Positions 1 through 10,155 are shown, counted from the stretch's first letter. The stretch is DNA of 64,000 bases from Vicinamibacteria bacterium (GCA_963555995.3 OY821641.1:800001-864000); one strand, 5' to 3'. Notes: generated from the sequence alone by a model not told the origin. Numbers and translations: made by a program.

Positions 1-579
1 CTGCCCCTGATCCAGCGCCACATCAACTTCTGGTTCAGCGCCTCGCTGGATCTCTTCGGCGGGGAGGTCTCCTCGAACGCCGCCCACTACTTCGCGAACG
101 GCCTCAAGGGCCGGGCGCGCGAGTCGCGCCGGCAGGACCACGCCGCCCTCGACGGGGTGTACCGGATGGAGCTTCCGGAGGACGGGGCGCTCCGGGAGCG
201 GGACGTTCCCCTCCGGAACGCCATGAACGAGATCCTGCGCGACGACTACGTGCGCGACTGCGAGCGGGGACTGGCGCGCTGGAACCGGATCCTGGAGAAC
301 GCCGGGCTCGGGGAGCGCCTCACCCTGCCGCACCGGCGGTTCCACCGGCAGATCGGCGCGTTCGCCGGACACCGGTTCGACCCGGACGGAAACCTGGTGG
401 ACGAGGGCGCCTGGCGACGGACGCGCGACGACTGGCTGCCGACCGCGGACGACCGCGAGTACGTGCGCCGGCTCATGGTCCCGGTCCATGAGCCGGGGAG
501 GATGGCGACCTGGATCGCCCCGCCGCGGAGCGGGGTGGACGGCAAGCCCATCGGCTACGAATACGTGAAGCGTCCGTGA
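1..579 (+). CDS. boxB: benzoyl-CoA 2,3-epoxidase subunit B, C-terminal part (5' end outside the window)
   Basis: Frame open from base 1: QRHINFWFSASLDLFGGEVSSNAAHYFANGLKGR...NAMNEILRDDYVRDCERGLARWNR...HRRFHRQIG...WIAPP, the typical BoxB C-terminus. Confidence 0.85.
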   Translation: MPLIQRHINFWFSASLDLFGGEVSSNAAHYFANGLKGRARESRRQDHAALDGVYRMELPEDGALRERDVPLRNAMNEILRDDYVRDCERGLARWNRILENAGLGERLTLPHRRFHRQIGAFAGHRFDPDGNLVDEGAWRRTRDDWLPTADDREYVRRLMVPVHEPGRMATWIAPPRSGVDGKPIGYEYVKRP

Positions 580-1754
580 TGAGGGACATCGTCCTCGCGG
601 GAGCGAGCCGCACGCCGATCGGCCGGTTCGGCGGAGCGCTCGCCTCGCTGACGGCCCCCGAACTCGGCGCCGCGGCCGCGCGGAGCGCGCTCGATGCGGC
701 CGGAGTGCCCGCCGGGGCGGTGGACGCCGTGGTCTTCGGCAACGCCCGGCAGGCGGGCGTGGGGCCGAATCCGGCGCGGCAGGTCGGCCGGCGGGCCGGC
801 CTCGCCGACCGGGTGCCGGCGCGCACGGTGAACCAGGCGTGCGCCTCGGGCCTCCGGGCGATCCTCGACGCGGCCGCCGACATCCGGCTGGGCGATGCGC
901 GGGTGGTGCTCGCCGGGGGAACCGAGAGCATGAGCAACACCCCGTTCCTGCTCCCTTCGGCCCGCTGGGGGCAGCGGTTCGGCGACGGCCCGCTCGACGA
1001 CGGGATGTACCGGGACGGCTTCCACTGTCCGCTCGCGGATCAGCTCATGGGGGAGACGGCGGAGACGCTCGCCGACCGGTACGCGCTTCCGCGCGCCGCG
1101 TGCGACGAGTACGCGGCCACCAGTCAGAACCGGGCCGAGGCGGCGCGGGCGGCGGGACGCTTCGACGCGGAGATCGCCCCGGTTTCGGGTGCGACCCGGA
1201 AAGGCGAGGTCGAAGTCGGGCGCGACGAGCACCCCCGGGACGGGGTGACGGCGGGCTCGCTGGCGAAGCTGAAACCCGTCTTCCGGAAGGACGGCGTGGT
1301 GCACGCCGGCAACTCCTCCGGCATCACCGACGGCGCCGCTGCGGTGGTCGTGCTGTCCTCCGACCGGGCGTCCGAGCTCGGGGTCGAGCCGCTGGCCCGG
1401 CTCGCCGGCCACGCGACCGCCGGGGTGGACCCCCGGGTGATGGGGATCGGACCGGTTCCCGCGGTGCGCGACCTGCTGGCGAGGACGGGCCTGAGGCTTG
1501 AGGACGTTGCCCTCGTGGAACTGAACGAGGCGTTCGCGCCGCAGGTGCTCGCCTGCGCCCGCGACCTCGACCTCGATCCGGAGCGGCTCAACGTGAACGG
1601 CGGCGCCATCGCCCTCGGCCATCCCATCGGGGCCACCGGCGCCCGGATCGTGGTCACCCTGCTCCACGAGATGGAGCGCCGCGACGCGCGCTACGGCATC
1701 GCGACCCTCTGCGTCAGCGGCGGCATGGGCGTCGCCGCGTTGTTCGAACGGTAG
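579..1754 (+). CDS. acetyl-CoA C-acyltransferase (thiolase)
   Basis: NQACASG (Cys nucleophile), ELNEAF, GAIALGHPIGATG, CVSGGMG; overlaps the boxB stop (TGATG). Confidence 0.95.
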   Translation: MRDIVLAGASRTPIGRFGGALASLTAPELGAAAARSALDAAGVPAGAVDAVVFGNARQAGVGPNPARQVGRRAGLADRVPARTVNQACASGLRAILDAAADIRLGDARVVLAGGTESMSNTPFLLPSARWGQRFGDGPLDDGMYRDGFHCPLADQLMGETAETLADRYALPRAACDEYAATSQNRAEAARAAGRFDAEIAPVSGATRKGEVEVGRDEHPRDGVTAGSLAKLKPVFRKDGVVHAGNSSGITDGAAAVVVLSSDRASELGVEPLARLAGHATAGVDPRVMGIGPVPAVRDLLARTGLRLEDVALVELNEAFAPQVLACARDLDLDPERLNVNGGAIALGHPIGATGARIVVTLLHEMERRDARYGIATLCVSGGMGVAALFER

Positions 1755-1762
1755 GAGGCCCG

Positions 1763-1810
1763 GGAGCGCCGGTCTTCAGACCGGCACCCGCTGCGCGGAG
1801 CGCAGCGGAA
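1763..1810. repeat. REP-like palindrome (single copy) plus accessory hairpin
   Basis: GGAGCGCCGGTCTTCAGACCGGCAC followed by CCGCTGCGC-GGA-GCGCAGCGG, between convergent thiolase and mltG. Confidence 0.75.
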
Positions 1811-1836
1811 TCGCTGCCTCCTGTGGGTCCCGGTCG

Positions 1837-2895
1837 CTACCGCCGGAAGTACTCCACCTGCCATCTCCGCACCGCGCGGTTGTGCTCCCGGAGCGTTCGG
1901 TTGAACTCGTGGGTGCCGTCGTTCCGGGAGACGAAGTAGAGGAAATCGGTCTCCGCCGGGAAGAGCACCGCATCGAGCGCGGCGATCCCGAACGAGGCGA
2001 TGGGCCCTGGCGGGATTCCGCCCACCCGGTAGGTGTTGTAGGGCGACGCGATGTCGAGGTCCCGCCTGCGGATGTTGTTCCCGGTGTCTCCCGCCTGCCG
2101 CATCGCGAACAGGACGGTCGGATCGGACTGGAGCGGCATCCCGCGCTCGAGCCGGTTCCAGAACACCGAGGCGATGACGGCGCGTTCGTCCGGGCTTCCG
2201 GTCTCCTTCTCCACGATGGAGGCCAGGGTGGCGATCTCGCGCAGCGAACGGCCGAGTTCCTCCGCCCGGGCTTGGCGCCGTTCGGTCCAGAGCGCCCGGA
2301 ACTGTCCCACCAGCACCGCGGTCACCCGTTCCGGGCCGGCCTCCGGCGGCAGCCGGTAGGTGCTCGGGAAGAGATAGCCCTCGAGATCCCCCGCCTCGGG
2401 GTCCAGGTCGCCGATCAGGCGCTCCGCGGCCGCCGGGTCCGAGAAGACGGCGAGGAGCGCGTCCGCACCCCCGGCGCCCTGCCCGGCGAGCAGGGCCGCC
2501 GTCCCCTCCCGGTCGAGTCCCTCGGGGAGGGTGACCGGCAGCGTCGCCACCTCCCCGGCCACGATCCGGGCAATGACCTCGGCGGGGGTGAGGGCGCCCT
2601 CGAAGCGGTAGAGGCCGGCCTGCAGGCGGCCTCCCGACTCCGCCCGGGCCACTCCCCGGAGGAAGACCCGCCGGTCCACCACGATTCCGGAAGCCTCGAG
2701 GCGGTTCGCGATCGTCTCCGCGGTCGAGCCCCGCCCGACCCGGAAGAGCACGGTCCCCCGATGCGCCGCGAACGGACGCTCGAGCGCCTCGTCGAGCGGT
2801 TTCAGGTAGAAGAACCGGTAGCCCAGCAGCCCGGCAGCCCCGGCGGCCAGGCCGCCGAGCAGGAAGAGAACCAGCCACCGGCTCCGCCGGGACAT
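1837..2895 (-). CDS. mltG: endolytic transglycosylase MltG
   Basis: N-terminal TM; LEGYLFPSTY, ASIVEKET (catalytic Glu), VFWNRL, PLQSDPT, SPYNTY, PPGPI, LYFV. Confidence 0.95.
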   Translation of the reverse strand: MSRRSRWLVLFLLGGLAAGAAGLLGYRFFYLKPLDEALERPFAAHRGTVLFRVGRGSTAETIANRLEASGIVVDRRVFLRGVARAESGGRLQAGLYRFEGALTPAEVIARIVAGEVATLPVTLPEGLDREGTAALLAGQGAGGADALLAVFSDPAAAERLIGDLDPEAGDLEGYLFPSTYRLPPEAGPERVTAVLVGQFRALWTERRQARAEELGRSLREIATLASIVEKETGSPDERAVIASVFWNRLERGMPLQSDPTVLFAMRQAGDTGNNIRRRDLDIASPYNTYRVGGIPPGPIASFGIAALDAVLFPAETDFLYFVSRNDGTHEFNRTLREHNRAVRRWQVEYFRR

Positions 2896-2926
2896 GGTTC
2901 CTGCCTCCGGATCGCGCTCCGACGAA

Positions 2927-4114
2927 TCAGCCGGGTTCGTTCGCCGCCGCCCGGCGCCGCTTCAGGGCCCGGGCCGCCAGGTCCAGCTCCGGATCGTCGT
3001 CGTCGAGTTCCGCCCGCTCGACGCCGAGGTCCGCGGGACCCAGGCTGGGGGCCACGCCCACTCCCAGGATGTCCTCACCGTCCGGCCCCCGGATATGGGC
3101 GGTCGAGAGCAGGATCGCGTCCCCCTCCGGCAGTTCGATGAGTTCCGGGCGTCCGGTGCGGCCGGCGGTGCGCCGTCCGACCACGTCCACGTTGTCGCGG
3201 GACTTGAGCACCGCCGCGAGCACTTCCCCGGGACATACCGTGCCGCGGTTGACCGCCACCGCCAGCGGTCCCTCGAAGAGCGGCTCGCCGGCCGGCGCCG
3301 CGAGGGGGGTCGTGACCTCCTCACCGTCGGCGTTGCGCCGGACGAGCTGGGCCGGCGCCCCTTCCATGAAGGCGCCGGCGACCTCCAATCCGGCCTCGCA
3401 GCCACCGTGGCCGCGGCTTCCCCGCAGGTCGAGCGCCAGGCTGTCCGCGCCGCCCTCCTCGAGCGACCGGATCGCCGCCGCCAACTGGGAACTCGTGCCT
3501 TCGTGGAACCGCCGGATGCGGACCACCCCGATCCCGTCATCCAGCATGCGGTGCTCCACGGGGGGGGCGATGAGCACGGCGCGCTCCAGCGTGACGGGGC
3601 GGGCCTCCGCGTCCGTGGCCCCGCGGAGCGACAGCTCCACCGGGGCGCCCGGCGCCCCGGCGAGCAGCAGCAGGGCCACGGGAATCCGCAGTTCGCGGGT
3701 GTTCCGGCCATCAATCGCGGTGATCGCGACGCCGCGCTCGATCCCGGCCTCCGCCGCCGGCGAGCCCGGCAGGACATCGTCCACGTGGAGGTAGTAGCGC
3801 TTCTGGAGGCCCAGCCCGACGCTCGCGTTCAGCGATCCGCGGTTCCGGTAGCGCGCGAGTTCGCCGGCGCTCAGGTAGGCGCTGTCGGCGTCGAGCGCCT
3901 CGAAGATGCCCCGCACCGCTCCGTCCATCAGGAACGCCGGGTCCACCGGTTCCAGGTACTGGTCCCGGATGAGCATCAGGGCGCCGTTGAACACTTCGAG
4001 CGCCTGGTAGGTGGACTCCTGGCCGGCCGTTCCGGCGACCGGGCCGTCTCCGCCCGAAACCGGAACCACCCCCGCGGCCCCCAGGGCGATGACCGTCCCG
4101 GCGGCCACCAGCAC
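2927..4114 (-). CDS. S41/CtpA-family PDZ-containing C-terminal protease homologue with altered catalytic residues
   Basis: LDADSAYL, PDZ (GLGL...GSPAAEAGI), IRRF, LDLRGS-GG; ASASE motif reads VCPGE and TFGKG reads TAGRT; start uncertain. Confidence 0.8.
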   Translation of the reverse strand: MLVAAGTVIALGAAGVVPVSGGDGPVAGTAGQESTYQALEVFNGALMLIRDQYLEPVDPAFLMDGAVRGIFEALDADSAYLSAGELARYRNRGSLNASVGLGLQKRYYLHVDDVLPGSPAAEAGIERGVAITAIDGRNTRELRIPVALLLLAGAPGAPVELSLRGATDAEARPVTLERAVLIAPPVEHRMLDDGIGVVRIRRFHEGTSSQLAAAIRSLEEGGADSLALDLRGSRGHGGCEAGLEVAGAFMEGAPAQLVRRNADGEEVTTPLAAPAGEPLFEGPLAVAVNRGTVCPGEVLAAVLKSRDNVDVVGRRTAGRTGRPELIELPEGDAILLSTAHIRGPDGEDILGVGVAPSLGPADLGVERAELDDDDPELDLAARALKRRRAAANEPG

Positions 4115-4191
4115 GCCGCCGACGGCCGTCTTCCGCCTCCGGCGGGCCGGCCGGTCAGGAGGCCGGCCCAGAGGTTCCGCTTTGCGTGGGA

Positions 4192-5802
4192 TCAGGAGCC
4201 GGATACCTGGAATTCGACCGTCTCCGTCACCGACTTCCCGCTGCCCGCGTCCCGCACGGTGATCTCGGCGATGTAGTCACCGGCTTCGAAATCTTCCCGG
4301 CGGCCGTCCGCGAAGAGACGGGCGAGGGGAACGTCCACGATCGCGATCGAGAGTTCCTCCGAGGCGAGGTTGAACGCGGTCGGGTTGTAACGGAGGTACT
4401 GCTCACCGTCCTTCCGGAAGGTGATCTGCCAGGTCAGGGTCGGCTGACCGCTCGTGTCGTACCCGTAGGCGTTGAACACGAGGCGGAGCGCGTCGCCCGG
4501 CGCGTACGTGGTCGAAACCCGCGGGATGAAGTGGAAGCCGCCCACCAGCAGCGCCCTGCCGGGCTCGGGAGTGAAGTCCTCGACGCGGGAACCGTCGGAA
4601 AAGCGCGCCACCGAGGAGAGCATCAACTCGCCGCTGCCGAAGTTGGGGCTCTCGATCTCCCTGGTGATCGTCCCGTGGGTCTGGGTGGCGGGGTCCAGGA
4701 TTCCGGCATAGATGGAATAGGCGCCGGGCGCCATCTGCATCGGCATTTCCAGGACGGTCGGACCGCCGGCCGGCCCCCTCTGCACCTCGACGGTACGCTC
4801 GTCGTAGCCGATCACGGTTCCGAGCGCGTCCACCACGTTGTAGAACACCGAAAGATTGGCCCGGTCGCCGTTCCAGGTGATGCTGTCGGAATCGAGTTCG
4901 AAGACCGCGGCGACATAGGTGTCGCCGACGTTCGAGCGGAAGAACGAGAAGGCCGCGTCCATGCCGATGTCCGCGCCCGGCTCGCCGCCGGCCCGGAGCG
5001 CGTTCAGGATGGTCTTGCCGGGGCTGTTCGGATCGAGGAGCGCTCTCGTTTCGGAGCCGAACAGGTCCTCGACGTCCGGGAGCTCCCCGTCCGCGTTCAG
5101 GGTGAAGTTGATCTGGCTGGGCCAGACGATCTGCCGCGCCCGCGACCGCTCGATGGCGGCCTCGATCTCCTCGTTGCGGATCAGCCGCATTCCCAGGTTC
5201 GTGGTCCGGAACTCGAGTTCCAGGCCGTCCGGCAGGCCGCGGTCCGGATTCGGGACGTAGGTGAACTTCATCCCGCCACCCGGGCCGCCCATGCCGCCGC
5301 CGCGGCCAGCACCGCCGCCGCCCACGCCGCCGCCGCCCTCGGCGACCGGGTTCTCACCGGTGGCGCCGGCGGGCGGACGCCCGCCGCCCCCGGTGGACAT
5401 CCGGCCTCCGGTCCGTTCCCGGTTGTCGGGCGGGCCGAACAGCAGCATCACGAGCGCCATGTCGGTCCGCGAGCCCTTCCGGCCCCGCTGGCCGAACTGG
5501 TCGTCGGCCTGCTCGCGCCAGTTGTTGAACTGGTCCTCGGCGCGGTCGGGGTCGTGCGGGTTCTGGCTGCGGCGCGCCCAGAAGTGCTCCTTGAACCGGT
5601 TCCGCTGGTTCCGGGGGAGGTTCTCGAACGCCTGCCGCTCCTGCGCGGTCATGATCGGCTCGACCTCTTCCAGCCAGCGCCGGTCGCCCCGGCTCAGGTT
5701 GTCCTGGGCCAGTGCGGGGAGGGCGAGCGCGAGCATCGCAAGCGCGGCGACACCCGCCATAAGGACAGAAAAGCGGGGGGCAACCCGCGTTGGATCAGGC
5801 AT
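4192..5802 (-). CDS. GWxTD-domain secreted protein
   Basis: Signal peptide, then WLEEVEPIMTAQERQAF...FWARR...ADDQF...GSRTD...LFGPPD; ATG at 5802 preceded by AGGAGG. Confidence 0.8.
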   Translation of the reverse strand: MPDPTRVAPRFSVLMAGVAALAMLALALPALAQDNLSRGDRRWLEEVEPIMTAQERQAFENLPRNQRNRFKEHFWARRSQNPHDPDRAEDQFNNWREQADDQFGQRGRKGSRTDMALVMLLFGPPDNRERTGGRMSTGGGGRPPAGATGENPVAEGGGGVGGGGAGRGGGMGGPGGGMKFTYVPNPDRGLPDGLELEFRTTNLGMRLIRNEEIEAAIERSRARQIVWPSQINFTLNADGELPDVEDLFGSETRALLDPNSPGKTILNALRAGGEPGADIGMDAAFSFFRSNVGDTYVAAVFELDSDSITWNGDRANLSVFYNVVDALGTVIGYDERTVEVQRGPAGGPTVLEMPMQMAPGAYSIYAGILDPATQTHGTITREIESPNFGSGELMLSSVARFSDGSRVEDFTPEPGRALLVGGFHFIPRVSTTYAPGDALRLVFNAYGYDTSGQPTLTWQITFRKDGEQYLRYNPTAFNLASEELSIAIVDVPLARLFADGRREDFEAGDYIAEITVRDAGSGKSVTETVEFQVSGS

Positions 5803-5942
5803 GAGGCCTCCTGAAGCTGGAGCGGCCACCGGGCCGGGGCTCCACCCCGGACGCGACACGCAAACCCATGAAATCGGCCTGAAAGAATACGTCCGCGCGG
5901 GGTTTCCCGCAAGCGTCGGAAGCCACGCTATACTCGATTTCG

Positions 5943-7178
5943 ATGTCGTCTTCAATACCCCGGCCGCCGCGCCGAATTCGCGCGGCCATCGCCGGCCTGC
6001 TCCTCGGCGGGCTGGCGCCCTGGTCCCTGGGTTGCGGAACCGCCCCCAAGCGCTCGTGGACGGTGGAGGAGATCCGTGCGGACCTGAACCACCGGATCAC
6101 GCCGGACGTCCTCGCCAGCGTCGAGATTCCCTTCGAGATCGACGACGAGATCCGCGAACTCGCGTTCCGGGTCACCGAGAACCTGCGCACCGACAAGGAG
6201 AAGATGCGGGCCATCATCCGGGCGATCCGGCAACACACCGGGGGGTCCATCTCCTACGACTGGCTCTCCAACAAGACCGCCAAGAGCGTCTTCCGGGAGG
6301 GCCGCGGGAACTGTCTCGCCTACACGAACCTCTTCGTCGGGATGTCGCGGGCGGTCGGCGTCGAGGCGGTCTACGTGGACGTCACGACGATCGAGAAGGT
6401 CACCAAGGAAGCCGAAGTCATCGTGAACAGCGGCCACATCACCGGCGGCATCAAGGACGGCCCCGATCTGATCTTCGTGGACTTCACCTCGAATCCGGAG
6501 CGCGAGTACGCGGGCGCCAAGATCATTGACGACTTCGAGGCCATCTCGAACTTCTACAACAACCAGGGCTTCCTCTACGGCTACTTCGCGGAGGCGCTCG
6601 CCGACCAGGGGGGCTTCGACCCGCTGGCCCGGGAGATCGAGATGTACGAGCTGGCGCTCTCGATCCGGCCCAACTTCAATCGCGCCCGGAACAACCTGGG
6701 GGTCGCCTACAAGCGGCGCGGCCGGGTGAACGACGCGATCGAGCAGTACCAGTTGGCGCTCGACCTCGAACCGGACTTCACCGAGGCCCGCGCCAACCTC
6801 GCGAGCGCCTACTACTCCCGGGGAGAGACGGACCAGGCGATCGAGCAGTTCCGGCTCGCGGCGCGGAACGACGACTCCGACGCCTACGTGGTCTATCACC
6901 TCGGGGTGCTGCACTACCACGAGGGCAAGTACCGCCAGGCCGCCGACTATTTCCGAAAGGCGATTTCGCGGGATCGGCAGATGGCGGACGCCCGGTTCTT
7001 CCTGGGCGAGGCGCTGCTGAAGCTGGGCGACGAGGACAAGGCGATGCGGGAGTACGAGCGGGCGATCGAAATCGACCCGAACTACATCTCCGCGCGCGCC
7101 AAGCTCGACCTGCTGCGGGATGCCCGGCGGGCGCGGTCCCGCGGCGGGGAATCGCCCGCCGGCGGGCCCGTCCGCTGA
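5943..7178 (+). CDS. transglutaminase-like domain plus TPR-repeat lipoprotein
   Basis: Lipobox SLGC; GNCL...GHI...VDF Cys-His-Asp triad; about five TPRs (ARNNLGVAY, ARANLASAY, YHLGVLHY, ARFFLGEAL). Confidence 0.8.
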   Translation: MSSSIPRPPRRIRAAIAGLLLGGLAPWSLGCGTAPKRSWTVEEIRADLNHRITPDVLASVEIPFEIDDEIRELAFRVTENLRTDKEKMRAIIRAIRQHTGGSISYDWLSNKTAKSVFREGRGNCLAYTNLFVGMSRAVGVEAVYVDVTTIEKVTKEAEVIVNSGHITGGIKDGPDLIFVDFTSNPEREYAGAKIIDDFEAISNFYNNQGFLYGYFAEALADQGGFDPLAREIEMYELALSIRPNFNRARNNLGVAYKRRGRVNDAIEQYQLALDLEPDFTEARANLASAYYSRGETDQAIEQFRLAARNDDSDAYVVYHLGVLHYHEGKYRQAADYFRKAISRDRQMADARFFLGEALLKLGDEDKAMREYERAIEIDPNYISARAKLDLLRDARRARSRGGESPAGGPVR

Positions 7179-7208
7179 CGACTCCGGGGCTCTGACCAGC
7201 GCCTTCCC

Positions 7209-8972
7209 TTGCAGGTAGAAGGGGAAACGGCGGGCCTCAAGTCCCGCGACCGGAAGGTTCTGGAGCGCCTCGGCCAGCGGCGGCTGCCGCCGGCGGCGCT
7301 GCTGACCCAGGAGTTCGCCCGCCAGCTCGCGGGCATTTCCCGCACGATCCGGCGGCAGGTGGGGGCGCTCGTGGACCGGCGCGGGCACATCACCTGGGTC
7401 GGGGTGGGAGACGCGCACCGCATCGAACTGCCCGACCTGAAGCGCCAGCGGGTCGCGGGCCGGCGGCTGCGCGGGTTGCGGTTCGTCCACACCCACCTCG
7501 CCGGCGAACCGCTGACCCGCGATGACCTGACGGACCTGGTCCTGCTCCGGCTGGATCTCATGGCGGCCCTCACGGTGGGCGAGGACGGCCTGCCGGGTGT
7601 CGTGCACGCCGCCCACCTGAGGCCGCCCGGCCGTCAGGGGAACGCCGCCGGTTCTCCCGGTGGGGGTCTCCAGACCGGCATCGCTGCCCGGAGTGCGGTG
7701 AAACAGCAGGAAGAAGCCGAGACGCCCTGGGAACTGCTGCCGCCGGTTCCGCCGAGCCGGTTGGACCTCGACTGCACGGCGCTGCTGGCCGACCTCGAAC
7801 GGGCGTTCGCCCGCTTCGCTCCGGAGCGCCCGGGCCGGCGGTATTCGGGACGCGCGATCCTGGTCGGGGTGGGAGAGAAGGCGTTCCCGCTCGGGGACGT
7901 GATGGAGGAGCTGGCGGAGCTGGCGCGGGATGCGGGTCTCGAAGTGGTGGATTCGCTCGTGCAGCGCCGGGCCCGCCTCGATCCGCGCACCCTGGTCGGC
8001 CGCGGGAAGCTGGAGGCGCTGGTGATCCGGGCGCTCGACCGGGGCGCCGACCTGATCCTGTTCGCGTGCGACCTGAGTCCCTCCCAGGCGCGGAACATTT
8101 CGCAGGCCACCGATCTCAAGGTCCTCGACCGCACCCAGTTGATCCTCGACATCTTCGCCCGCCGGGCGACGAGCCGCGAGGGAAAGCTGCAGGTCGAGCT
8201 TGCCCAGTTGCGCTACCGGTTGCCGCGGCTCGTCCAGCGGGACACCTCGCTCTCGCGTCTCGGGGGCGGGATCGGGGGCCGGGGACCGGGCGAGACGCGC
8301 CTCGAAGTGGACCGCCGGCGGGTGCGCGAGCGCATCGCCCGCTTGCAGCGCGACCTGGCCCGGGTCGCGGTCAAGCGCGACGTGCGCCGGAAGCGCCGCG
8401 AGGTGCGCGGTCTTCCGGTGGTGTCCCTCGTCGGCTACACGAACGCCGGCAAGTCCACGCTGCTCAACCGGCTGACCCGCAGCGAAGTGGCGGCCGGCGA
8501 CCGCATGTTCGAGACCCTCGATCCGGCGAACCGGCGGCTCCGGGTTCCCGTCGAGCGGGAGGTGCTGCTCGCGGACACCGTCGGTTTCATCCACGACCTC
8601 CCCGAGGACCTCATCGAGGCGTTTCGCGGCACCCTCGAGGAAATCTCGGCGGCGTCGCTGCTGCTGCAGGTGGTGGATGCCTCGAGTCCCCGCCTCGACT
8701 CGCGGGCCGCCGCCGTGGAAGGGCTGCTCGCCGAGCTGGGGTTCGAGGAGATCCCCCGGATCGTCCTGCTCAACAAGGTGGACCGGCTCGGCGAGGTGGC
8801 CCGCGCCGCGTTGCCGCAGCGCCTGGCGGGAGCGGAGACCTGGCGCGTCTCCGGGGTCACCGGCGAGGGACTCGAGGAACTGGTGGGCGAGGTCGCCCGG
8901 CTCATTCCGGTCAAGCCGGCGGGTCTTCCCCGACTCCCGGCTCCGGAGCCGGACCCGCTGCCTCTTCGCTGA
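7209..8972 (+). CDS. hflX: ribosome rescue GTPase HflX, long form with N-terminal extension
   Basis: DRTQLILDIFARRA, EGKLQVELAQL, GRGPGET, GYTNAGKST, DTVGF, NKVD. Confidence 0.95.
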   Translation: MQVEGETAGLKSRDRKVLERLGQRRLPPAALLTQEFARQLAGISRTIRRQVGALVDRRGHITWVGVGDAHRIELPDLKRQRVAGRRLRGLRFVHTHLAGEPLTRDDLTDLVLLRLDLMAALTVGEDGLPGVVHAAHLRPPGRQGNAAGSPGGGLQTGIAARSAVKQQEEAETPWELLPPVPPSRLDLDCTALLADLERAFARFAPERPGRRYSGRAILVGVGEKAFPLGDVMEELAELARDAGLEVVDSLVQRRARLDPRTLVGRGKLEALVIRALDRGADLILFACDLSPSQARNISQATDLKVLDRTQLILDIFARRATSREGKLQVELAQLRYRLPRLVQRDTSLSRLGGGIGGRGPGETRLEVDRRRVRERIARLQRDLARVAVKRDVRRKRREVRGLPVVSLVGYTNAGKSTLLNRLTRSEVAAGDRMFETLDPANRRLRVPVEREVLLADTVGFIHDLPEDLIEAFRGTLEEISAASLLLQVVDASSPRLDSRAAAVEGLLAELGFEEIPRIVLLNKVDRLGEVARAALPQRLAGAETWRVSGVTGEGLEELVGEVARLIPVKPAGLPRLPAPEPDPLPLR

Positions 8973-9939
8973 GCCCGGCGGCTTCGCCGGCGAGGCGGAT
9001 CAGGGTCTCGTAGCGGGCCGGATCGGCCCTCCCGGCAACCACCGCCGCCTGGACCCCGCAACCGGGTTCGGTGCGGTGGGAACAGTCGGGGAAGCGGCAG
9101 GCCCCGGCATGCGCGGCCAGGTCGGGATGGGCGGCGCGGATGCGGGCTTCGGTGAGCCCGTCGAGACCCAGCGCCCGGATGCCCGGCGTGTCCACGATCT
9201 CGCCGCCGCCGGGGAGCCGGATGAGTTCCGCGGCGGTCGTCGTGTGGCGGCCCCGGCCCCGGCGATCGAGCCCGCCGCTCCGCCGTCCGGGCACCCCGAG
9301 GGCGGCGAGCAGTTCGGTCTTCCCGACTCCCGAATGGCCGAAGAGCACCGCGCGCCCACCCGCCACGCTGGCCCGGAACGCGTCGAGACCCGCACCGCTC
9401 CGCGTGCTGGTGAGGTGCACTTCGAGTTCCAGGAAGCGATAGGGCGCGAGGTCCCGATCGAGCCCCCCGAGGTCGCGCTCCGCCGCGAGGTCGAGCTTGT
9501 TGAAGACAAGGACGGGCGTCACGCCGGCGTCGTAGGCGACCACCAGCGAGCGGTCGAGGAAACCGGTCCGGTACGGCGGTTCCGCAAAGGCCGAGACGAT
9601 GTAGCAGCGGTCGAGGTTTGCCGCGAAGACGCGCATCTCCCGCCGCCCCGGCGGTCCGACCGCCCGGTGCAGCGCGTTCCTTCGGGGAAGCACCGCGGTG
9701 ATGCGCCCGCCGGGTCTTCCGGGCCGGGAAGGCTGCCGTCCGCCCGGCTCGATCTCCTCGACGAGGACCTCGTCTCCCACCACGGCGGCGGTTCCCGCCG
9801 GCCGCCGGTCCCGCGATCCGAAGAGCCGTCCGCCGAGCGCGCAGCGGCACAGGGACTCCGGCTCCCCGCGCGGCCCGGAAGCGAGCCGGACCGTCGCTAC
9901 CTTCCGGCCGATCCGCACCACGGTTCCGGACCGGCTCAT
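8911..9939 (-). CDS. rsgA: ribosome small subunit-dependent GTPase A
   Basis: Circularly permuted G motifs NKLD, GHSGVGKT, GRHTT, DTPG; Zn finger CRFPDCSHRTEPGC; start set at MSRSGTVVRI. Confidence 0.93.
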   Translation of the reverse strand: MSRSGTVVRIGRKVATVRLASGPRGEPESLCRCALGGRLFGSRDRRPAGTAAVVGDEVLVEEIEPGGRQPSRPGRPGGRITAVLPRRNALHRAVGPPGRREMRVFAANLDRCYIVSAFAEPPYRTGFLDRSLVVAYDAGVTPVLVFNKLDLAAERDLGGLDRDLAPYRFLELEVHLTSTRSGAGLDAFRASVAGGRAVLFGHSGVGKTELLAALGVPGRRSGGLDRRGRGRHTTTAAELIRLPGGGEIVDTPGIRALGLDGLTEARIRAAHPDLAAHAGACRFPDCSHRTEPGCGVQAAVVAGRADPARYETLIRLAGEAAGLSEEAAGPAPEPGVGEDPPA

Positions 9940-9996
9940 CGGCCGGATGCTAGCGGGTAAGGATGGACGCAACCCGCTCTCATGACGGGTACGGCC

Positions 9997-10155
9997 TGGA
10001 ACGCCGGCTTCAGCCGGCACAGCCCGCCGAAGGCGGGCGGCGGGACGGACCCTCGTTCGCCGGGATGGCTCGGCTGCGCGCGCCAATGCACTCGGGTTGG
10101 CGACGAACCGCCCGCGGCCCTGCGGGCCGCTGTGCCGGCTGAAGCCGGCGTTCCT
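9997..10155. repeat. REPIN-like doublet (inverted REP pair, about 160 bp)
   Basis: GGAACGCCGGCTTCAGCCGGCAC ... GTGCCGGCTGAAGCCGGCGTTCC; reverse-complement homologue of 25233-25394. Confidence 0.85.
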
